DNA of 64,000 nucleotides from an uncultured Alphaproteobacteria bacterium (GTDB taxonomy: Bacteria > Pseudomonadota > Alphaproteobacteria > Acetobacterales > Acetobacteraceae). Both the position numbers and the translations under genes were made by a program. The stretch is taken from NCBI GenBank assembly GCA_963712195.1, contig CAVQHB010000014.1:10669-74668 (forward strand), written 5' to 3'. Shown piece after piece: positions 20,953 to 30,847 of this stretch. The first letter of the stretch is position 1, and each line of letters begins with the position of its first letter. The notes beneath the pieces were generated by a model. It did no database searches, was not told where the DNA came from, and saw nothing but the letters and a program-made list of their open reading frames with translations.

Positions 20953-20967
20953 TGAAAGATCGGAATT

Positions 20968-21342
20968 ATGGAACATAAACGATTAGAAGACCTCCATTCA
21001 AACGATGCGTCTTTTGGCAAACTTCTCGGGACCCTTGGGGACGAGTTTGCAGAGATCGCACGTTTTGCCGAACAACTCCAAACGGTACTGAGTCCAGCTT
21101 TGTTGGACGTCGCGCACGACCCCGACAGCCACAAGAATGTGCAGATGCTTGATATATTGTCGCAGCGGTTGAACGCCATGTCCGAGTTTGTTTCCCTGCT
21201 TGGACGGTCTGTTCCTGACACATGGCGCATCAATTCTGGTCTGGCTTTGAGCGCTGTCACACTTTCCGATCTTGCCATGCGGTTGCAGGGTTATAAGCCG
21301 TTCTCTGAATCTGATGATGCGGGATGCCTTGAAATGTTTTGA
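20968..21342 (+). CDS. Small chemotaxis protein, CheT/CheU-like
   Basis: Directly after cheD; Q.LD...Q.L motif and acidic C-terminus DDAGCLEMF as in rhizobial CheT-type proteins. Confidence 0.55.
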   Translation: MEHKRLEDLHSNDASFGKLLGTLGDEFAEIARFAEQLQTVLSPALLDVAHDPDSHKNVQMLDILSQRLNAMSEFVSLLGRSVPDTWRINSGLALSAVTLSDLAMRLQGYKPFSESDDAGCLEMF

Positions 21343-21478
21343 TAAAGAACAATCGGCATTCACTCGTGCTCGTGTTCTGGATGCGACACTACCAGAGGTG
21401 GCAGTTACAACAAAACGGCCTCCGGAAAACCCGGGCGGTTCATCTTCAGTGTAGCCATCAAGCAGAATCAAGGTTCTT

Positions 21479-22165
21479 ATGAAGCCAGTCCGAATCGTAT
21501 GTGGCACCCGCTTTTCCCAACAAGAATTTTTCAAGCACACGGCTTTGGGTCGATCACTTGTAAATCATCGGGAAACGAATCCGGTAGATGTCCTCGTCTT
21601 TCCAGAAAACAGATTTGGGCTTTCGAAAATCTATAACGAAGCCATCAAGCAGGCAAAAGATAAACCGGCAATTCTCGTTTTTGTGCACGACGATGTGCAT
21701 TTTCTTGATTTCCTTTGGAGCGATACAGTCCGGGAAGGGATCAAATCATTCGACGTTATCGGAGTGGCAGGGAATACGCGCCGACTTCCAAGACAGACCG
21801 CTTGGGCTTTCGTGGATGAGAAATTCACATGGGACAATCAACCTTTCCTAAGCGGGATCGTTGGTCATGGCACAAGTTTTCCATGCCAGATTTCGAACTT
21901 TGGTCCGTCCAAGCAGCCTTGCAAACTGCTCGACGGCGTCTTCCTTGCCGCTGACAGTGGACGCCTCAACGACGCCAGGATCTGTTTCGACGAGCAATTC
22001 GATTTTCATTTTTACGATATGGACTTTTGCCGACAGGCGGAGCTTCGCGGTTTGACGATGGGGACGTGGCCAATAAGCATTGTACACGAAAGCGGTGGAG
22101 CATTCGGCTCTCCGGGCTGGCGTGAGGGCTGGCGGTGCTACCAGCAGAAGTACGCTGACCAATGA
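21479..22165 (+). CDS. Glycosyltransferase-like protein (GT-A fold)
   Basis: YNEAI, FVHDDV, LDGVFLA, FDEQFDFHFYDMDFC. Confidence 0.75.
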   Translation: MKPVRIVCGTRFSQQEFFKHTALGRSLVNHRETNPVDVLVFPENRFGLSKIYNEAIKQAKDKPAILVFVHDDVHFLDFLWSDTVREGIKSFDVIGVAGNTRRLPRQTAWAFVDEKFTWDNQPFLSGIVGHGTSFPCQISNFGPSKQPCKLLDGVFLAADSGRLNDARICFDEQFDFHFYDMDFCRQAELRGLTMGTWPISIVHESGGAFGSPGWREGWRCYQQKYADQ

Positions 22166-22331
22166 GAGGTGGCTTCATGCGTTTTGACAGGTTGGCGGCT
22201 AAATTACTAACCAGTCGGTAATATAGGCTACGCTGGGAGCGAGGAAGAATGAGCGGACGAGGGGGCGGTTCACCTACGTTGCGCGCATCATCGAGTATGG
22301 AGCCGCGCAAGCGCAACCTGTTGGATATGCC

Positions 22332-23018
22332 ATGAAACAAACGCCCATTCATCACGCACACAACCCTGATCTTCTGCGGCTGATGCCGATCGAGGCGCAC
22401 CGGATTGTCGAGGTTGGCTGCAGCTCGGCTGCGCTTGCGCGCGAATACCGCAAGCTCAACCCGAACGTGCACTACACCGGGATCGAAATCGAGCCTGCCT
22501 ATGCCGAGCTTGCGCACGCCCATTGCGACCGGGTCATCGCGCTCGACATCGAAACCGCCGACGAAGATACCTTGCGCTCAGACCTCGCTGCGGACTGCTG
22601 GGTTTTCGGTGATGTCCTCGAGCATCTGCGCGATCCGTGGCAGATGCTACGGAAAATTCGTAGCGCGATGGGCAATACGGGGCACGTCGTAGCTTGCATT
22701 CCCAACATGCAGCATTGGAGTGTGCAGGCACGTCTTAGTTATGGCGATGTACGCTACTCCGACTCGGGTCTGTTCGATCGCACGCATCTGCGCTGGTTCA
22801 CGCGCACAACGATGATTGAGTTGTTCCAGCAGAACGGCTTCCAGATCGAGGATAGTGCAGCGCGCATCTTCGACGAGCCGCAACGCGGGGCGTTCCTGCC
22901 GTTCATTCGTGCGATGGCCGTTGCGGCAGATGCCAATCCTGATCAGGCGGTGCAAGATGCATTGCCACTGCAGTTCGTTTTCCGGGCATCGCCAAACCCA
23001 GCGTGGAAGGTAGCCTGA
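22332..23018 (+). CDS. Class I SAM-dependent methyltransferase
   Basis: VEVGCSSA, FGDVLEHLRDPW, IPN, GLFDRTHLRWFT. Confidence 0.88.
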   Translation: MKQTPIHHAHNPDLLRLMPIEAHRIVEVGCSSAALAREYRKLNPNVHYTGIEIEPAYAELAHAHCDRVIALDIETADEDTLRSDLAADCWVFGDVLEHLRDPWQMLRKIRSAMGNTGHVVACIPNMQHWSVQARLSYGDVRYSDSGLFDRTHLRWFTRTTMIELFQQNGFQIEDSAARIFDEPQRGAFLPFIRAMAVAADANPDQAVQDALPLQFVFRASPNPAWKVA

Positions 23019-23896
23019 TCCGGTAATGACAGGCCGAGCATCGCAGGGGCCTGTCGACCATGTTCCTGAGTTCGTCATTGGTCTGGGGCGTGTCCTCACA
23101 GGATTCGTCGGCAAAGAAGATCACCATGCTCTCACCGATGGCAAGTTATCACACCCACAGCAGCCTACATGGTGCATGATTCACAAATTATGGCTCTTTT
23201 GAATTTTGAGTGGGCTATGCGGCATGCGGGTTGATCCGGGTGAAGTCTAGTTTTCCCGCGATGAGGAAGAGGACGGTTCGCATGGTGGCAAAGCGCGTAT
23301 AGCCCCTGGCCTTGCGTTTGGCGGCCTGGAAGAGGCCGTTGAGGGCCTCGACGAAGCCGTTGGTCTGGCGTGTCTGTGTCCAGGCGACGATGCCCTCGAA
23401 GTGCTTGCGGATCATTCTTGCGACGTCTTTCATCGGCTCGACCTTGGAGCGCAGAACATTGGTGCACCATTGCGTGAGCATGGCGGAGACGACGTTGATC
23501 TGCTTGCGGTCGAGGATTTCGCGCAGATGCTCGCGGTAGAGCCAGGCGCGGGCGGTACGCTTGGTGGCGGCCTTGGCGATGAGCGCGTCGAGGTCGGCGC
23601 GGCTTTGGTTGGAGAGGCGTTCGCGATCCTTCAGCAGCGTCCAGCGCAGCCCCTTGAGGCTCGGGTCGGTGCGCTGTTCAAGGCGACGCATCTCATCGAC
23701 GGCGGCGGAGGCATGGGCGACGACGTGGAACTTGTCGAACGTGACGCGCGCGTTCGGCAGGCTGTCGGCGACGCCCTTGATGAAGGCCGGCGACATGTCG
23801 ATGCTCACCGAGGCGACCTGCTCGGGCGTGCCCTTGTGCGCGGCCAGGTATTCGGCGAAGCCGGTGATGGTTTTGGCGTCCTTGCCTTCGGCGACG

Positions 23897-25090
23897 CAGG
23901 GCAATTTGTTAAAGTCCTCATCCTATTGATCCGGCGCGATTTTATATGATTCGGTTGGGCCTCTGTTTTTGAGGTTTGGTCGATGGAGTTGAAGAGGGTT
24001 TTGGAACGGATCCCGGATCCGCGTGGCCGACAAGGGCGGGATTACTGGCTTTGGTCGATCCTCGGTCTGATTTTGGTTTCCATGCTTTGTGGACGGCGGG
24101 GCATGAAGGCTGCGTTTCTTCTGGGGCGAAGTCTGACGCGCGAGCAAAAACGGCAATTGGGTTTTATGCGTGGTCATACCCCGTGTCACGCGACGCTGAC
24201 CGAAACACTGCGCATCCTTGATGCCCAGGCCGTTGCCGATATCCTGGGCGCGGTCGTGCTGGCGGATACCGGTGATGACCGCCATATTGCCATAGACGGC
24301 AAGACATTGCGGGCAAGCAAGGATGGAGATGGCCGCGCCGAGCACGTGCTGTCCGCTTTTTGTGGTGGTCTGCAGACGATCCTTTCGCATGAGGCGTCAC
24401 GCGGCAAGGGACTGGAAATTCCTGACGCGCTGAAGCTACTCGCCCGGCTTGATTTGCGCGACCGGATTGTCACCGGTGATGCGATCTTCTGCCAGAAGGC
24501 CATTGCACAGACGGTGGTTGACGCTGGCGGAGACTACCTTCTTCCCATCAAGAACAACCAGAAGACATTGCGAGAAAATATTGAAACGGCATTCGCGGAG
24601 CCGGTTTTTCCCCCTCGCCACTTTCGATAGCGGTGCCACCAAGGCGCATGGACGTATCGAACGGCGCAGGATCGAAGTGTTGCCGGCCCAAGCCGCTGGC
24701 ATCACACAGGATTGGCCAACCGTAAGCCAGATATGCCGTGTGACCCGTTCACGCCAACGCAGGGTGAAGGGCGTGTGGCAGGAGCAACAGGAAACCGCCT
24801 ATCTCATCACCAGCCTGACCAAAGACGAAGCAGCGCCTGAATACCTTCTCAACCTCAACCGAAAACATTGGGGTATCGAGATCATGCATCGAAACAAAGA
24901 TGTCATGCTGGGGGAAGATGGCTATAGCAACCGGCTCGACAATGCCCCCAGAAATGTCTTCTCGCTCACCGGCTTCGCCCTCAAACTCCTGCGCTGGGTC
25001 TCACCTTCACCCACAAGGGCAATCGAGTATTTCCAGGACAACCGAAGTCGAGCTACACAAATGATCGCAGCAGTTTAATGAATCGCCCTG
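23897..25090 (+). mobile_element. ISAs1 family element type B, copy 1
   Basis: Ends CAGGGCAATT and AATCGCCCTG; 9-bp duplication TCGGCGACG. Confidence 0.9.
23983..25078 (+). CDS. ISAs1 transposase in two overlapping ORFs (23983-24630 and +1 frame to 25078), possible recoding
   Basis: IPDPRGRQG, IAIDGKTLR, TGDAIFCQ | HGRIERR, HWGIE; overlap contains TTTTTCCCCC. Confidence 0.85.
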
Positions 25091-25819
25091 TCGGCGACGA
25101 ACACCACCTTGCGTTTGTCCATGTCGGCGGCGATGGTCAGGTAATTATGGCCGCGCCGGCACGACGTCTCGTCGATCGCTACGGCGGTCACTGCCGACAA
25201 ATCGGCCTCGGCCAGAGCAAGATCGACATAGCGCGAACAGATCGCGTGGACGCGATGCCAGGATTCGCCAACCAGCTTGGCCACGGCGGCAAAGGTCATC
25301 TGCTGAGCCATGGCCAGCACCAGCGCCTCGAACAACAAAGTGAACCCGGCGAGCTTGCCGAACCAGTCAGGCTCGAACAGGACGACCTTCCCGTCCGGCA
25401 GCTTCACCCGCGGCGTCCTGACTTCCAGAAAGCATTCGTGCTGGAAGAAATTGAGGTGTCGCAGGCGCTTGATCTGGGTGTCGTGAACCGGATGCACGCC
25501 TGCCACGTCGGGTACCGGAAACCGCGTTCCTGCGACGAAATCGACGCTGATCGTCAGCGTCTTCTTGGCCGTGTCGAAATCGACACCGTTGACATACCAT
25601 GGCTTGGCAATGCCCAAGGCCGCTTCAAAGAGTTGGTTCTGCATCCGCCACGCTCCTCCCGAGCCCCACCTGCGCCCAGCATGGCAAGACGGCGCTCGGC
25701 CCTCAAGGACGCTCCGCGCCGCTGCGCGGTGGCCGATGGCCATCCATGACCGCCGACCGCCGTCTTGCCCTGAGGAAGGCAGGTCAAGAACGGAGGGATG
25801 GTCTCCATCGTCGAACAAA

Positions 25820-27244
25820 GGGATGGATGCGGGTTCGTCGTCAGACCGCCAGAGCTCAATCTCCAGATCGCGGACGACCGTCAGTCGTTCATTCCATCGC
25901 GCCTCCAACTCGGCGGCGACGAGGCGGTTGTCGGGATCGACGGCATCATACTGGCGGCGCGCGCGGCTGACCTCGTAGCGCGCCTGCTCCAGCGCCAATT
26001 CGACCTGTCGTCGCTTGTCCTCGCTCGCCCGTTTGCGGACAGCCTGTGCCGCGAGCGCCGCCTCGAATTCCGAGCGGTTGCAGACGAGCTATGACTTCGG
26101 CACCGATATCCCGGTCGATACGCATTCCTCCAAACGAGATGCAGCGATCACCGCCGTGATTGAGGAAGCCACCCTGACAATGATACCGGCCCGTATTCCC
26201 GTCAGTGCCGGAGTAAGCGACGTGCAGCTTGCGTCCGCAATGACCACAGCGCAGCAGGCCGGCGAGCAGCGCCTCTCCCCGACGCAGCGCACCACGGCTC
26301 ATTGGGTTCGTGCCATTGGCGTTGTCCGCGATCAGGCCAAGGTTCCTCTCGTAATCCGCCCAGCTCAGATAACCCTCGTGATGGTTCGGAATCAACACCT
26401 CCCAATCCTTGCGCTCCTTCTTGAAGCCGCGCACCACCTTTTTGCGCCCGGCTTCAATGCTGACGCGGCTGCCGGTGCGTCCGAAGGCATAGGCGCCAGC
26501 ATAGATTGGATTGGTCAGGATGTGCAGGATCGTGTTGTACACTGGCAATTTCCACTCGATCACGCGATCTTCAGCACCGTAGCTGACAGCGGGCAATGGG
26601 ATGCGCTCGCGCCTGAGCCAGAGATGCACCTGACGCACCGACTGCATCTCGACGAACTTGGCGAAGACGAGCGCAATTGCCTTCGCAATGCGCCGATCTG
26701 GATCCTTCTCGATGCGGTTGTTGCCAATCCGCACGTAACCGATGGCAACCGTCATGAACAGCTCGCCACGGCGCGCCTTCTGCTTCAGGGCCTCAAGCGA
26801 GCGCTGGCGCAGTACCGACAGCTCCATCTCGCTCATGGTTCCCTTCATGCCGAGCAGCAGCCGGTCGTTGGGATGGCGAGGGTCATAGATGCCGTCCTCG
26901 TCGAGGATGAGTGTGCCGACAAGGCCACAGAACTCCAGCAACGTGTGCCAATCACGGCCATTGCGAGCGAGTCTCGACGCCTCGATCGAGACCACGGCAC
27001 CAACACGTCCTTCGCATATGGCTGCCCACAGCTTCTCGAAGCCGGGCCGCGCGATGCCGCCGCCGGAGCGGCCGAGGTCGTCATCAATGACAGCGACATC
27101 GCTCCAGCCGAGTTGTCGCGCCCGATCGGCAAGTCCGTACTGGCGGCGCTGGCTCTCCAGGTTGTTGGCGACCTGATCGGCGGTCGACTGACGGATGTAG
27201 ACGATGGCCTGACGGCCGAGGTGCTCAGGCGTGATCTTGCTCAT
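25820..27244 (-). pseudogene. Large serine recombinase, frameshifted near 26060 and truncated by ISL3
   Basis: AIVYIRQS catalytic motif, ASRLARN, LLLGMKG, zinc ribbon CGHCGRK; LEQARYEVSRARRQYDAVDPDNRLVAAELE in next frame. Confidence 0.88.
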
Positions 27245-27428
27245 GCGCCGCCTCCTTCGTCTCGGGACCGTCGGATGGCGCCTTTGTCTCGTAAGCGGCA
27301 ACCGCCTCGGACAGAAGGCACTCGATCAGGCGGACAAGCTCGCGTCTCAGCGCAACGGGAAACTCCATCGGCCTTCGGCCCGCCTCGAACAAGTCTCTCT
27401 GCTGGTCGTGTCGTGGGCGCATGATCAC
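27225..27428 (-). CDS. Small accessory protein of recombinase element
   Basis: QRDLFE...LVRLIECLL...HEQDHA overlapping the recombinase start, typical of these cassettes. Confidence 0.5.
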   Translation of the reverse strand: MIMRPRHDQQRDLFEAGRRPMEFPVALRRELVRLIECLLSEAVAAYETKAPSDGPETKEAAHEQDHA

Positions 27429-27700
27429 TTCCTCCTCGCGGGGCCGATTCCCCGCCGCAGGAGGCTAGAAGAGTGTCGAGTCGCATACGCAATTCAACGA
27501 GCCGACCAGTCGATAGCCGAGGGCATGTGGTGAGAGTGGCAGAGCCAGCCGCTGCCTCTGCCATCCAGGATGGGACCAGAGCGAGCGTACCGTCTGGCTG
27601 AATTACGACCAGGTGTTCCTCGCCAGCAAACCGCCGCCGGAACGTGACCGGCACCATCTGGCCGCATCGAGGATGAAACGGATAGTGGATCCGGACCTCA
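27418..27700 (-). CDS. Accessory ORF of recombinase element (Y4bD/DUF5372-like); boundaries uncertain
   Basis: YPFHPRCGQ...[13 protein letters not shown] motif. Confidence 0.5.
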
Positions 27701-27734
27701 AACGCCGGACACCCGGCATTGTGACGCTGTCTTG

Positions 27735-28285
27735 ACCGGTGTCGGCAAGAGTTGGTTGGCCTGCGCGCTCGGCCATAAATCCTGCCGCGACAACCGCTCC
27801 GTGCTCTACCAGCGCGTACCGAAACTGTTCGGCGAGCTGGCGCTGGCCCGCGGCGATGGACGTTATAATCGCATCAGCCGCACGCTCGGCAATGTCCAAC
27901 TCCTGATCCTGGACGATTGGGGGCTGGAGCCGCTGGACGCCCAGGCCCGCCACGATCTCCTGGAAATCCTCGAAGAACGCTACGGCCGGCGCTCCACCAT
28001 CATCACCAGCCAGCTGCCCGTGGAGGATTGGCACGCCGTCATCGGCGACCCCACCTATGCCGACGCCATACTGGACCGCCTCGTCCACAACGCCCACCGC
28101 CTCAATCTCTCAGGCGAGAGCCTGCGCAAAACACGGACCAAAGCGGCAGAGAAAGGTTGACGTCGAACGACCGTCAATGCCACAAAATTTTCAGCCAGCG
28201 AGGCTCCGAACCCTGGGCGACATCATGTCGGAATCAATGGGCGACAATATCTCGGAATCCCTGGGCGGCTTCGTCGGAATCGGCA
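27735..28285 (+). mobile_element. istB: IS21 family right part: istB from Walker A onward plus repeated right end
   Basis: [29 protein letters not shown]; three GGGCG...CGGAATC repeats ending CGGCA. Confidence 0.88.
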
Positions 28286-29307
28286 ACCACAACGGTCGAG
28301 ACCTGGCTGGCGGCTCACCCTGGCATTACCGTGGTGTCTCGCGATCGGGGGGGCGGATACGGCCATGCCGCGAGTAGGGCCGCGCCACAAGCCATGCAGG
28401 TCGCAGACCGATGGCATCTCATGGAAAATGCCAGTGCCGCGTTCCTGAATGCCGTGCGGCAGTCGATGCGCTCCATTCGACAAACTCTGGCATCGACCAC
28501 GATCAACCCGGCGCTGCTGACCAGTGCCGAACGCCTGCAATACGACGGCTTTCTTCGGCGCCAGGACGACAGCCGGATCATCAAGCGGCTTGCGGATGCA
28601 GGGACTTCCATCAAGGCGATCACCCGTCAGACAGGTCGGAGCCGCAACTTGATCCGTAGCGTGCTGCGTGGCGGCGACGGTGACGTGTTCCGATCACGAG
28701 AGCGCATGCTGGAGCCCTACTTCGCCAAGCTCGATGCTGATTGGAGCGCGGGCTGCCGGAACGGCGCCGAGCTCTGGCGACGTCTGCGTGCCGAGGGTTT
28801 TTGCGGTAGTGTCCGGGTCGTGGCGGAATGGGCCACGCGGCGCCGGCGCAGCGAGAAGGCCGAACTCGCACTGACACGCGTTCCACCGCCGGCACGGCAG
28901 CTCAGCCGGATGCTGACGATGCGCCGCGAACAGTTATCGAAGGCCGACGCCATCACCATTGCCGCCATTGAGACCGGCGTACCTGCACTCGCCGCGGCAA
29001 GAAACTTGGTAGAACGGTTTCATCAGATACTACGGACCCGCGATGCCGAGGCGCTGACATCTTGGCTCGTCGACGCCGGTGACAGCTTACTTGCCTCGTT
29101 CGCTAAAGGGATCACACGCGACCTTGCGGCGGTCAGGTCAGCCATAACCGAGCCATGGTCGAACGGACAGACCGAAGGTCAGATTACCAAACTCAAACTA
29201 GTAAAGCGGCAAATGTACGGCCGCGCAGGGCTAGATCTTCTCCGCGCACGCCTGGTCGCACCCGCATGAAACGACCGCCGATCTGCACCGAGTTTGAAGT
29301 CAGAGCC
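28286..29307 (+). pseudogene. Second ISL3 family transposase, 5'-truncated, with right end
   Basis: VSRDRGGGY, VADRWHL, PWSNGQTEGQITKLKLVKRQMYGRA; end TCAGAGCC. Confidence 0.88.
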
Positions 29308-29521
29308 CTTATTCCACGCCAATTCACACCCAATGGTGCGAACCAGCGCAAGCTTCGAGAGCCACCTCCGTTGGCGCCAATTTGGCGAAGAACGGTTCGA
29401 CCTGAGCGCGCCTGATCTCCCGCCGCAGCACCGGGCGTTCCTGGTCGTCGACCCCATGGATCGTAAAAACATGCTTGGACGTGTCGATCGAAATCACCAT
29501 GCCGATTAGAGAACGGTCTGC
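29308..29521. mobile_element. IS scar cluster: IS21-like end stub, IS110 N-terminal fragment (- strand), IS110 right-end stub
   Basis: TGTGAATTGGCGTGGAATAAG; ISIDTSKHVFTIHGVD...ALEACAGSHHW similar to 1..585; CATGCCGATTAGAGAACGGTCTGC. Confidence 0.75.
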
Positions 29522-29667
29522 TTGATTTTCGCAACACAAGAGAACAAACCACTGTCGGCCCCGCATGCCATGGCAGGTATCGTCTGGAAGACTGACGCGG
29601 AGGATGTCAGCACAGCTTCGGTGACGGTCCAGATGAGCCAACGCAGGATGGCCGGCCTGAGAAGGAG

Positions 29668-30246
29668 CTAAAGGTCGCTTTCGATCCGTTCGATCTGCGG
29701 CCAGACCCGTTTAAATAACTCACTCCGAATTGTGCGCTCCTCTTGAGAACCTCCCCCATGGTCGGGATGGAGGGATTTCACGACAACAGCGCGCAGCCTG
29801 GCGAACTTCCGGCGGTAACTCACGTCATCGGGCGGCGGACTTTGGGGCTTGGTTGCGGCCAGGGCCCTCCACTCATCCCGTTCACGACCGAGGGCGGCAT
29901 TTGTAGCTTTCAGTTGGTCGATGTCGGCTTGCATCTCGGTACTGCGCGCCTGCCCGGATCGCGCTAAGTCGCGCCACCGGTCCCGCTGGGTTTCCACATC
30001 TGCCAGCTTTGCGAGCGTCTCGCTAAGGGCCGCCTGAATCTCATGGGAGATGGCATTGGCTGCGGAAACCTGATGGAATACCTTGGCCTGTGCGAGGCGG
30101 AGATTTCCGCGCCGCGCTACCCGGAGAAAGGCGTCCCGCGCCAGCTGGGACACGCACCGGCACAACGACCGGACGTTCCACCGAAGGCTGACAAAAACTA
30201 ATCCTATACCCATCAGAGCCGCAACTATCTCAGCTAGCACCAACAA
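29668..30246 (-). CDS. Membrane-anchored coiled-coil protein with C-terminal HPD (J-domain-like) motif
   Basis: N-terminal hydrophobic helix, heptad region, KSLHPDHGG...RSELFK. Confidence 0.55.
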   Translation of the reverse strand: MLVLAEIVAALMGIGLVFVSLRWNVRSLCRCVSQLARDAFLRVARRGNLRLAQAKVFHQVSAANAISHEIQAALSETLAKLADVETQRDRWRDLARSGQARSTEMQADIDQLKATNAALGRERDEWRALAATKPQSPPPDDVSYRRKFARLRAVVVKSLHPDHGGGSQEERTIRSELFKRVWPQIERIESDL

Positions 30247-30359
30247 ATAATGCTTCCATTATGGTTGATAGCAGTTGATCATTGTGCGAACTAGCGGTCT
30301 GCATGTAGTTTTAACGGGGGACGCTTCCCACGCCCTCATGACCACACCACTCCGACGCT

Positions 30360-30845
30360 CTACGCCGCCTCGAGATCGCCTTCGATCGTTGTGTCTTTTG
30401 GCATGATGGCCTCGATCGAAAGCACGCTGATGATCTGCTGATCCCGCATAAGCAGACCTTCGACATATTCGCGGGAAGCGCCGCTGCCGGTTTCGGGCGT
30501 CACCTGACGCATCTCGCTTGTGACAGTAATAATATCGGACACCGCGTCGACCAGGAGACCGATCACGTGATCCCCGGCTTCGATCACGACGACAACAGAC
30601 GTCGCGTTCGCCGCCGTGCAAGGCAAGCCCAGGCGCTCAGCCAGGTCGATGATGGCGAGGACACTGCCGCGCAGATTGATCATGCCCTTAACGTAGGACG
30701 GGGCGTGCGGGAGGGGGGTGGAGGAAATCCACCCCCTGATTTCACGAACGGCTCGGATACTCAGGGCGAATTCCTGCTCGCGGAGACGTACGCACAACAA
30801 CTGACTGCTTTCACTCACGGGGTGATCAGACCGGTCATTCGCCAT
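30360..30845 (-). CDS. cheW: CheW, close paralogue of 8322..8807
   Basis: Near-identical protein sequence. Confidence 0.95.
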   Translation of the reverse strand: MANDRSDHPVSESSQLLCVRLREQEFALSIRAVREIRGWISSTPLPHAPSYVKGMINLRGSVLAIIDLAERLGLPCTAANATSVVVVIEAGDHVIGLLVDAVSDIITVTSEMRQVTPETGSGASREYVEGLLMRDQQIISVLSIEAIMPKDTTIEGDLEAA

Positions 30846-30847
30846 GA

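Larger units (their letters stand above)
23215..25644 (-). pseudogene. ISL3 transposase split into 25091-25644 and 23215-23896
   Basis: MQNQLFEAALG...AIDETS...KVVFVA joins EGKDAKT...SIDMSPAF...FDKFHVV...TNGFVEALNG after removing the insert. Confidence 0.9.
23192..25816 (-). mobile_element. ISL3 family element interrupted by ISAs1 type B; left boundary approximate
   Basis: End GGCTCTTTTGAATTTTGAGTGGG at 23192; transposase halves flank the ISAs1. Confidence 0.8.

Noticed and set aside
25075-25998. 307-aa ORF joining recombinase and ISL3 sequence
   Set aside because: Chance in-frame junction of two disrupted elements
27917-29269. 450-aa ORF as a novel fusion protein
   Set aside because: Chance read-through from IS21 sequence into a truncated ISL3 transposase
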